From contig JBAZWJ010000031.1 of assembly GCA_041660385.1 (NCBI GenBank), forward strand, positions 3,137 through 67,136: 64,000 bases of DNA, written 5' to 3'. Of this stretch, positions 59,601 to 64,000 are shown one piece after another. This DNA is from Desulfobacteraceae bacterium (GTDB taxonomy: Bacteria > Desulfobacterota > Desulfobacteria > Desulfobacterales > Desulfolunaceae). Numbering within the stretch: the first letter of the stretch is position 1; the number at the start of each line of letters is the position of its first letter. The notes under the pieces were generated by a model. That model searched no databases. It had not been told where the DNA came from and saw nothing but the letters and a program-made list of their open reading frames with translations. The position numbers and the translations under genes were made by a program.

Positions 59601-61464
59601 ATTCATCTTTATTCTGCTCAAGAGTCTGTTTGACTTTACCATCGTCAACCACGGCATGTGATATGCCGGGTATGTCCTTAATCCAGTCCTCAAGGCGGAC
59701 CAGAATAACATTGACCCCCTTGATATTTTTTCTGAACATGCTGCTCGGGTCCAGGAGCTGCTGAAAAATCTGATTGTATGGAGCGAACTGCACGGATTTT
59801 TTAAAAGCAAGCTTGTCAACCCAGAAATCCAGAGGGTCTTTCAGTAAATCCGCTGTATAAGTCGCCGCAATAGCAATACATTGTTTTTCATCAAAACCCG
59901 TTTCTTCCTGTGATTGAATATCTTTTTCAATTTTTACAGGAAAATCAGAAACAAGCGTTTCAGGCTCATCAATGGCACGGACCAAATATTCACAGAACGA
60001 TTCTGTAAAAACAGCAATTGTCTTTTCAGAAAATATATCGGTGTTGTATTTAAAAGCACAGGCGAATTTTTCTCCCGTGTTAATCATTTCGAGAGTCAGG
60101 TCAAATTGACCTTCCTCCTGATCGATGGGGAATGGCAGTATTTTCAAACCACCAAAATCAACAGGAGTGTCAAAGGAAGCCCCGTGGAGAAATTGCGACG
60201 CCGAACCGAGCGTTTTTTGATCAAGTAAATTGAACATGGCCTGAAAAATGGGGGACCTTGAAGGATCCCTCGCCGGCATTAAATCTTCAACCAGAACAGG
60301 AAACGGATAATCCTGATGGTCCAGGGCAGTCAGAACAACCCGCCTTGTTTTAAAAAGATGGTCCCTGAATGTTTGAGAATCGGAAAACCTGGCTCTCATC
60401 ACAACCGAATTGATAAAATTCCCGCAGATGTTTTTGAATTCATTTCGTCCACGACCTATCACCGGCGATCCAACAAGGATATCCTCGCTTCTGCTGTAGC
60501 GCATCAGAAAAAGCTGAAACAATGCAAGAAAAAAGGTGTACTTTGTAACCGATTCCTGATGACAGAACACTTCGATTTTTTTGAAAAGTTCATCACTGAA
60601 ATTAAAATATAATGAACTTCCTTTATAACTTGGCGCATGGGGTCTGTTAAAGTCAGAAGGCAGGTCAAGTGCCGGAAGGCTTCCTCCAAGCTGAGAAACC
60701 CAGTACGTTTTATGTCTCTGCCCAACCTCTTTTTTGAGCATATCATTCTGCCAGTAAGTAAAATCCTTATACTTACCGTTTATTTCGGGTAGCTGAATTT
60801 TATTTCCGCTGCTCTCCGAAGCATATAACAAACTCAAATCGTTAAGAAGCATTCCAAGAGAATAAGCATCACAGGCAATGTGATGAATGGTTATCATCAA
60901 AATATAATCGTCTGTTTTTATTTTAAATAAATGCAGTCGGAATACGGAATCATTTTCAAGGTCAAAGGGTTTGGAATAATACAATTCAAGTCTGGATTTC
61001 AATTCATGTTCCGGCCAGCCGGAAGCATCGATTGGGTATAGTACAGGTTTTAAATTTTTATTTACGATCATGAATGACTGATCACCTGCAGTGCCCACTC
61101 CATAGGCATAGGTTGATCGAAGAATACCATGCCTGTCAACAAGCATGTTTACCGCACTTGATAATGCCTCCACATTTAATTCAGAAACAACCCTGCAGGA
61201 AGCAGCGATATGATAGCACGATGAGGCCGGAGCAATCTGATGCATGAACCAGAGTGATTGCTGATTATATGACAAGAGTTCTTTTACCCTGTCAGCATCA
61301 TCCTCAGCTGAGAGATAACGGATGATATCCGATTTATTCAGAGAAAGTGTTTGATGAAGATCAGACGTCAATGCGCCTTTTGGCGCCCGGTATTTCAATT
61401 TTCCGGAATCAACCCACAAACTGATATGCCGTTCCTGTAAGCTTTCAAGAATCTGTGAAATCAT
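50671..61464 (-). CDS. Hybrid PKS/NRPS megasynthase: dock-C-FkbH-ACP-KS-AT-ACP-C-A-PCP-TE
   Basis: Single uninterrupted ORF. Domain motifs are listed in the sub-features below. Start set at ATG 61464 (MISQILESL...), which shares one base with the upstream TGA (TGATG); the ORF track begins 7 codons earlier at 61485. Confidence 0.9.
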   Translation of the reverse strand: MISQILESLQERHISLWVDSGKLKYRAPKGALTSDLHQTLSLNKSDIIRYLSAEDDADRVKELLSYNQQSLWFMHQIAPASSCYHIAASCRVVSELNVEALSSAVNMLVDRHGILRSTYAYGVGTAGDQSFMIVNKNLKPVLYPIDASGWPEHELKSRLELYYSKPFDLENDSVFRLHLFKIKTDDYILMITIHHIACDAYSLGMLLNDLSLLYASESSGNKIQLPEINGKYKDFTYWQNDMLKKEVGQRHKTYWVSQLGGSLPALDLPSDFNRPHAPSYKGSSLYFNFSDELFKKIEVFCHQESVTKYTFFLALFQLFLMRYSRSEDILVGSPVIGRGRNEFKNICGNFINSVVMRARFSDSQTFRDHLFKTRRVVLTALDHQDYPFPVLVEDLMPARDPSRSPIFQAMFNLLDQKTLGSASQFLHGASFDTPVDFGGLKILPFPIDQEEGQFDLTLEMINTGEKFACAFKYNTDIFSEKTIAVFTESFCEYLVRAIDEPETLVSDFPVKIEKDIQSQEETGFDEKQCIAIAATYTADLLKDPLDFWVDKLAFKKSVQFAPYNQIFQQLLDPSSMFRKNIKGVNVILVRLEDWIKDIPGISHAVVDDGKVKQTLEQNKDEFLGAVQAFVAESSVPVLICFCPISPALAENPLLNRIENDLALSLNSIGNIYPVSSREILGPMGVEQYDEPLGLDAGHIPYTDEFFAALSYIIARKSFSILGKPYKAIVLDCDQTLWKGVVGEDGPLRVTVDPARKMLQELMVSQHEAGTLICLCSKNSEEDVLDVLDKNPEMILRRNHISYSKINWSPKSQNIAELAEEINIGLDSFIFIDDNPVECAEVRANCPEVLTLQLPSDPEKIKDFTKHIWAFDHLKLTKEDRERVDLYRKEKERSSLLKSSTTFDEFLKNLDLNVSISEIKDAQIQRVSQLTLRTNQFNLTTIRRNESEISRLKLSENHVCLVAEVSDKFGDYGLVGLVIYEKQKDQISVDTFLLSCRALGKGVEHALLNRLGRNAIDRGLKSVRLNYSPTNKNQPALNFLLSLGEEYKQQEGEGLFFLLPSQIASEASFSPSSATEKTSEDGEVRKTTDKDTGVSLANALVMQEIADTFSSLKSIMAAVDQRMKKQASVQLRSDQSVVFPVSQTEKNVASVWAEVLCFDDIGMNDNFFDIGGRSILMPGIVIRLSKMYGMKISIVDMFENPTIQMMSNYIIQAKHTGLSEPHDLTSKIPCMVRDTWAQPGNRSADVAIIGMAGRFPGADDISLFWRNIVNGIESITDFSDEELLKSGVPEYLIKNPKYVKRSPVLNNSDCFDAGFFGYTPREAEKIDPQQRIFLECAWDAFEDAGYVPDHYTGTVGVFAGCGMNNYLIKNLLERPELMESVLNFQTFIGNDKDFLSTRVSYKLGLKGPSLSVQTACSTSLVAVQLAYQSLLTYQCDMAIGGGVSLQAPRLRGYLHHEGEIFSDDGYCRPFDSKASGTLLGEGAGVVLLKRLEDAIEDHDHIYAVIKGAALNNDGNVKVGYTAPSVQGQTEVIAMAQNMSRVDPATIGYVEAHGTGTPLGDPIEVKALTQAFRSKTDKKSFCAIGSLKSNIGHLDVAAGVAGLIKTSLMVKHGVLPPTLNVTTVNPELNMEGSPFYVNKALRSWDDSMSPRRAGVSSFGVGGTNAHVILEEVPREELKNRQGQPWYLFTLSAQSAQALEQRRSRLCSYLSENPAQNAGDVAYTLQIGRKAFRHRSACVCKNVADAVNAFSSTDPGKFISGSCLADNRKAAFMFTGQGAQYVNMARDLFETEPIFKQHMMACSEILAPVIGCDLTALIYPEDNDGTYSQNRLNETEIAQPALFALEYSLARLFMEWGIYPHAMIGHSLGEYVAACLSGVFTLEDALKLVAERGRLMQQQPHGDMLAVALSEKDILPFVDNPVSLAVINSPGRCVVSGPSDDIARLHETLNSKKVQCTVLHTSHAFHSQMMEGAIDPLREYLKTVPLNNPQIPFISNVTGTWITERDATNPEYWARHLRQTVRFSKGIQTLIEEPCVLLEVGPGQTLTTLSRQNIVDKEKSVMIYSSVKHPQSQGHDGAFLYKTLSQLWITGVHIDWSAFNKGKGCGRVPLPGYPFQRQRFWIEPTAQKGYQISSSVTNEGHERPEVVHIEASSLYSRPSSVSSDYDRPSCEMEHMLVRIWQDVLGIDQIGVQDSFFELGGDSLIAAQIISRIREQSGSDLSIRKIFELPTIQGLADYLSREQSSGAERKKIETIVPESENEGLQLSLAQQRLWFINQLESHSPAYNIVQAVKLSGDLNEEILQKAFDHILARHDVLRTVFIKRDGRPAIERVSLQSIKIEKIVCTDKDGEQGEEYARRLIARKAPVLFDLENGPLLRVCILQTGKTEHIFAIILHHIIADGWSMGVWMKELSVLYHAFKEGRPSPLEKLPIQYADYAIWQKKWLINNDLNEQKKYWKERLKGELPVIQLPADYPRPMSPRYTGRHQAICLSAELTRSIQNMAKQEHTTVYTVLLSAYFSLLCKYSNQNGVVVGTPYANRDRVEIEGLIGFFINMLPIRLELSETTGFKDLVKQVHQLILDALSNKDLPFEKLVEILQPDRSLNHHPIFQVMFAFQNFPLPSDDSAELNFFPVVMDRGATEFELSLYMWEERDELRGVFEYSDEIFKDETIQRMVDHFQTLLQSMVENPTLPIQKIGLLTEPEKRLMLIDWNENHLDYPGDVCIHDMFDMQAEKTPDAVAIVHNHDRMSFNELKQRSNQLAIELIQMGVEPDVLVGICVERSMDMIVGMLAVLKAGGAYVPLDPGYPVERLKFMMSDSCSRVIITQKKFETLFSDSTARLITLEALGEKHSKACMESPSSGATQKNLAYIIYTSGSTGVPKGVAIEHRSAIALIAWARTVFTGDEIGGMLASTSICFDLSVFEIFLPLCSGGKIVLADNAMGLKNLPDVSEVRLINTVPSAIVELLQLKAIPANVTTINLAGEPLKQEIVDRLYNIKTVQRVFDLYGPSEDTTYSTCALRQKNEMATIGKPISNTRIFLVDPFQNPVPIGVPGELYIGGHGLARGYLNRAELTSEKFVSDFMSDDPASRLYRTGDLAKYFPDGTICYLGRMDHQVKLRGFRIELGEIEAALAEHKGIKQCVTLVREDVPDDKRLVAYIISRTGVQEKDSDLRLYLKDRLPEYMIPQHFVNLDSMPMTSNGKIDRNRLPKPVSTLITEVQQNTQITELETRILKIWLDIIGLEYIGVNDNFFEVGGHSILSVRIFSEIYNLTGINLPLAEIFKSPTVRELSKTIEASGGRIKDKKNGNKFLNRFLFASSENEKDEKSGWSHLVAIKPNGSKTPIFCMHAIGGNVLNYYPLASGLDADQPVYGLQARGLDGLSEPYSSIEEMAGHYIAEMKMIQPSGPYYLAGGSMGGFIAYEVAQQLKHEGQDIALLAMFDTFAPIYFKNNPSFSNDTIVTKMVNKFNALIFSKRHGTTFKEQFKKILESIQRKIVIQLKFCLCNFYHSIQRPIPHKLRYWYVEQKHWKPVLAYTPRRYDGDMVLFAEPQAHHGLKIDMDKGWNNYIVGNIDVIDIPAKHMEFMEEPLLVEKFYEYMQKYYK
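50674..51480 (-). other. Domain: thioesterase (alpha/beta hydrolase)
   Basis: 'PIFCMHAIGGNVLNYYPLA', nucleophile elbow 'GGSMGG' (Ser codon 51238-51240), C-terminal 'IPAKHMEFM' (putative His). Confidence 0.8.
51586..51798 (-). other. Domain: peptidyl carrier protein
   Basis: 'NFFEVGGHSILSVRI', Ser codon 51706-51708. Confidence 0.85.
51855..53283 (-). other. Domain: adenylation domain (hand-read code DLFNNALTYK)
   Basis: 'LKAGGAYVPLDP', 'LAYIIYTSGSTGVPKG', 'FDLSVFEIF', 'NLAGEPL', 'LYGPSEDTTYST', 'GELYIGGHGLARGY', 'YRTGDLAKY', 'KLRGFRIELGEIE', 'NGKIDR' (Lys codon 51874-51876). Confidence 0.85.
53380..54705 (-). other. Domain: condensation domain C2 (canonical HHxxxDG)
   Basis: 'LSLAQQRLWFINQ', 'HHIIADGWS' (His codons 54286-54291), 'YADYAIWQ', 'IGFFINMLPIR'. 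No DxxxxD cyclisation motif. Confidence 0.85.
54736..54963 (-). other. Domain: carrier protein 2 (ACP)
   Basis: 'SFFELGGDSLIAAQI', Ser codon 54868-54870. Confidence 0.85.
55320..56166 (-). other. Domain: acyltransferase (malonyl-type motifs)
   Basis: 'FMFTGQGAQY', 'GHSLGEY' (Ser codon 55873-55875), 'HAFHS' (the HAFH motif usually indicates malonyl-CoA). Confidence 0.85.
56445..57735 (-). other. Domain: ketosynthase
   Basis: 'DVAIIGMAGRFPGA', active-site 'TACSTSLVAV' (Cys codon 57220-57222), 'EAHGTGTPLGDPIE', 'KSNIGHLDVAAG', 'GGTNAHVILEE'. Confidence 0.9.
57811..58038 (-). other. Domain: carrier protein 1 (ACP)
   Basis: 'NFFDIGGRSILMPGIV', Ser codon at 57946-57948. Confidence 0.75.
58290..59868 (-). 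other. Domain: FkbH-like (HAD subfamily IIIC + GNAT-like tail) glyceryl-loading domain
   Basis: 'CIAIAATYTADLL' N-region, HAD motif I 'AIVLDCDQTLWKGVVGEDG' (Asp codon 59272-59274), 'ICLCSKN', 'FIFIDDNPVE', 'FGDYGLVGLVIY...FLLSCRALGKGVE'. Confidence 0.75.
59941..61278 (-). other. Domain: condensation domain C1 (His motif HHIACDA)
   Basis: 'LSYNQQSLWFMHQ', 'HHIACDAYS' (His codons 60880-60885), 'YKDFTYWQ', 'GNFINSVVMR'. G of HHxxxDG is replaced by A. Confidence 0.8.
61300..61464 (-). other. Domain: TubC-type N-terminal docking domain
   Basis: 'ISQILESLQERHISLWVDSGKLKYRAPKGALTSDLHQTLSLNKSDIIRYL' matches the '...GV.LW.eG..LryrAPkGaLt..L...L..hK..il..L' pattern (from memory). Confidence 0.6.
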
Positions 61465-62780
61465 CAAATTTCTCCCTCTTCCCATTCCACAGGTTCTGTT
61501 TTTGAAATATGTGATACCATCACCGTGTTCGATTCCTGGTCTGCAATTCCATGCGTCATTTTCAAAAAATCTTCATCATGATGAGTTGTTGCGTTACTAC
61601 TTAAATATTCGATTTTTTCAGCAAGGTCTGCGATGCTCTGACCCTCAAAAAAATCCATGAGAGACAAAAGAATTCCCAGTTCCGATTCAATTGTACTGAT
61701 CACGTCCACAGCCATCAACGAATCAAGACCCAGATCAATAAAACGCGAACCAGGTAGTATATCATTTTCTTCCATGCGAAATGCTTGAGCAATTAATCTG
61801 CGGATATAATCCACAATATCCGTCCTGCTTTTCATGGATTCAATACGTTTAGCCGTCAAATCTGTTTTTTCAGGGGAATTCGTGGCATCATTTGAAATAA
61901 GATGAATCGAATCTATTGAGCCCTGTCTTTCTTTCTTATTTTCAATTGATCTGCAACCAGCATTTGCGGTTTCGATCTTTTCACCCCCGGCAACAAAAAG
62001 CTGACGATAAATTGCGTGGTCATCCGCTTTCAAAACCTGATGCCATTTTACAGCGAGCTTATCTAAGATACGCGAATCTAAAAATCCATCTTTCACCAGT
62101 TTGGCTGGAATACCCACACCCTCTGATTTTAAAAAAATGTCATCTCCAACAAGACTGTTATGGGCGCAAATAATTTCCATATCAACATTCTTAAAACCGC
62201 ATTGTTTTAATAAATTAGGCAATTGCCGTCCGATTTTCGGGTTTCCACCTTCACTGATTCTTGACTTGCAGTACGCTTCGTATAATGTGTTTATTTCAGG
62301 AATTCCCGGAAAGGTTTTTAAATGCATTTCAAAATCGTTATCTACGAAAACCGCAATACCGCCGGGCTTGAGCACACGATTAATTTCCCAGACAGCCTCT
62401 TCCGGTTCCGGCAGATGTTCCAGAACAAGTCGCGTAATGACAAAATCAAAACAGTTATCTTTGAAGCCCAGTTGTGTTACTGACTGCTGCGAAACTTTTA
62501 TTTTTCTCTTTTCAGCAACACATTTGAGAATGGCAACGAGATATGAATCAATTTCAATGGCTGTTGAAGTGCAGTTTGGGAATTCATTCAAAATCTTTTC
62601 TGTGACATATCCAGGACCGCTGCCACATTCAAGTATGGACATGCCGTCGGTCAATCCAAATTGCCTGTAACACCTTATTTCCTTTTCCCAAAACAAATCA
62701 ACCTGAGCTTTAAGGCGATCGACTTCTCCTTGGACGTCAGTTGAAAATTGCTTAATTTTATATGATCTTTTATGAGTCAT
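61464..62780 (-). CDS. Class I SAM-dependent methyltransferase fused to a C-terminal acyl carrier protein domain
   Basis: Motif I 'ILECGSGPGYVT', post-I 'AIEID', 'FDFVITRLVLEHL', 'LKPGGIAVFVD'. C-terminus 'FIDLGLDSLMAVDVISTIESELG' (Ser codon 61719-61721). Confidence 0.8.
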   Translation of the reverse strand: MTHKRSYKIKQFSTDVQGEVDRLKAQVDLFWEKEIRCYRQFGLTDGMSILECGSGPGYVTEKILNEFPNCTSTAIEIDSYLVAILKCVAEKRKIKVSQQSVTQLGFKDNCFDFVITRLVLEHLPEPEEAVWEINRVLKPGGIAVFVDNDFEMHLKTFPGIPEINTLYEAYCKSRISEGGNPKIGRQLPNLLKQCGFKNVDMEIICAHNSLVGDDIFLKSEGVGIPAKLVKDGFLDSRILDKLAVKWHQVLKADDHAIYRQLFVAGGEKIETANAGCRSIENKKERQGSIDSIHLISNDATNSPEKTDLTAKRIESMKSRTDIVDYIRRLIAQAFRMEENDILPGSRFIDLGLDSLMAVDVISTIESELGILLSLMDFFEGQSIADLAEKIEYLSSNATTHHDEDFLKMTHGIADQESNTVMVSHISKTEPVEWEEGEI

Positions 62781-62843
62781 TTATTCCCTTTATTTATTAT
62801 TCATAATAAGAAAAGCATATAAAAGTGAACATCCAGGACAATT

Positions 62844-63515
62844 CTATTTACTTGTTCCAAGGGCATCAACAAGCTTTTTTGACCATAACTCATATCCAGC
62901 CTTATTTGGAAAAGCACCATTTCGATCAGAATATTCCAGAATATAATGGTAGTCTTTCGTCAATATATCGTTCAGTTCTAAAAATTTAATGGAATTAACA
63001 GTGCAAAAAATTTTCAAATTTTTGTTTAATTTTAAAACACTGACAGCATACTCTTCCATATCAAATTTATCAGGAACAGCAATCAAGGCAGATTGTACAA
63101 TTATGGTAATACCTTTATCTCTTAATTGTTCGATAACATACTTATATTTTTCAAAAACACGTTCAGGTTTGTCACCAAGATAAATATCAAAACCATTTGC
63201 AGTGATGATGCATATTTCAGGCTTTGCCCTGATTATATCATTCAGATGTTTGTTTACAATGTCGATGCTGCCGCCCCGGCTTCCAATAAACAGGATATCA
63301 TCGTTCGATAATAACTCTCTCCATTTATTATTAATTAAAGAATCACCTGTCATGACCATATATTTTTTTGGGGCTGGCAAAAGACTTTTAACACCAAAGT
63401 ATTTTTTCAATACTTTAGCAGGGACATGATAGTGGAAAAGCATATAGCAGAATATCAAAAGAAATAAGATATTTAACGATATTGAAACGTAGACAAGGCA
63501 GGATTTTATATTCAT
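62844..63515 (-). CDS. Membrane-anchored SGNH/GDSL-like protein
   Basis: N-terminal TM helix, 'VMTGDSLINN' (block I GDS), 'GSRGG' (block II-like). The block V region 'SDRNGAFPNKAGY' lacks an obvious His, so catalytic competence is uncertain. Confidence 0.5.
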   Translation of the reverse strand: MNIKSCLVYVSISLNILFLLIFCYMLFHYHVPAKVLKKYFGVKSLLPAPKKYMVMTGDSLINNKWRELLSNDDILFIGSRGGSIDIVNKHLNDIIRAKPEICIITANGFDIYLGDKPERVFEKYKYVIEQLRDKGITIIVQSALIAVPDKFDMEEYAVSVLKLNKNLKIFCTVNSIKFLELNDILTKDYHYILEYSDRNGAFPNKAGYELWSKKLVDALGTSK

Positions 63516-63544
63516 ATGCTATGCAACTTTAAAAAATAAAAGCA

Positions 63545-64000
63545 TTACAGATTCATTGTTTTAAGTAAGGGGATCAATTCATTCTTCCACACTTGATACC
63601 CTTTATCACTCATGTGGACGCCGTCAGACGAATAATCCATGATCAAATGACCTGATTTGGAAAGTTTAGAATTAAGATCAAGAAACAGTATACCCTTCTC
63701 TTTTGAGTATTGATTCAGCATTGAATTCAGCATATCGACTTCTTTGTTCTGCTCTTTATAAAATAATTTCACAGGTGCAACATATATAAGGGATTGGATG
63801 ACAATCTTCATATTTTTTTTCAGCATTTTATCTATCAGTATTTTGTAATCATCAAACGTTTTTTCAGGTGTTTTCATCCAGAACATATCGTTTATGCCGA
63901 TCATGACCAAGCATAATTCCGGCTTTAACTCAGATGCGAAGTCAACACGCTCAAGGATGTCTTCAATCTGCCCTCCACGAATCGATACCATGTCGTTTCG
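63545..64000 (-). CDS. SGNH/GDSL hydrolase, 5' end beyond the window
   Basis: 'IRGGQIEDI' (block II), 'MIGINDM' (block III GxND), 'DGVHMSDKGY' (block V DxxH). The frame is still open at nt 64000, so the true start (and block I) lies outside the window. Confidence 0.65.
   Translation of the reverse strand, partial: RNDMVSIRGGQIEDILERVDFASELKPELCLVMIGINDMFWMKTPEKTFDDYKILIDKMLKKNMKIVIQSLIYVAPVKLFYKEQNKEVDMLNSMLNQYSKEKGILFLDLNSKLSKSGHLIMDYSSDGVHMSDKGYQVWKNELIPLLKTMNL

Noticed and set aside
62101-62670. 189-aa plus-strand ORF
   Set aside because: It is antisense to the methyltransferase-ACP gene, which has clear motifs. It is a shadow ORF.

Overview
64-kb chromosomal window in which almost every gene outside the mobile-element zone lies on the minus strand. 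Gene content and the GC-rich REP-type hairpin families suggest a deltaproteobacterial sulfate reducer (Desulfobacterales-like), but this is inference only. There are three blocks. (1) 1-14.7 kb holds housekeeping genes (ispD, rnpB, a nif3/zinc-ribbon pair, tRNA-CAU, rpoD, dnaG, hisB). A Wzz-like/BY-kinase-like pair plus a PilZ protein sit on the left and an orphan YcaO-TPR gene on the right. (2) 14.8-23.7 kb is a plasticity zone. It carries a RelE/ParE toxin-antitoxin pair, an internally deleted IS4/IS701-like element, an IS1595-derived MITE and an IS1-family element with target-site duplication. It also has one intact PEP-CTERM protein gene, two leaderless/anchorless paralogous copies, and a sigma-54-type promoter in front of two secreted proteins. 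(3) 23.7-64 kb is a ~40-kb uninterrupted co-directional gene string. In transcription order it encodes two SGNH hydrolases, a methyltransferase-ACP protein, a ~3,600-aa hybrid synthetase (dock-C-FkbH-ACP-KS-AT-ACP-C-A(Cys?)-PCP-TE), exosortase, EpsI, and 22 polysaccharide genes. The polysaccharide genes include GT2/GT4 transferases, WecB, DegT, LbH and GNAT acyltransferases, ATP-grasp, FemAB-like, AsnB-like, Wzy-like and Wzx-like proteins, two CapA, a PaaK-like ligase, a deacetylase, and an MBOAT + SGNH O-acylation pair. The most unusual signal is the thiotemplate assembly line placed directly in front of, and apparently co-transcribed with, the exosortase/EpsI sorting machinery. All functional calls come from reading motifs in the supplied translations and the raw sequence; no database search or computation was possible.
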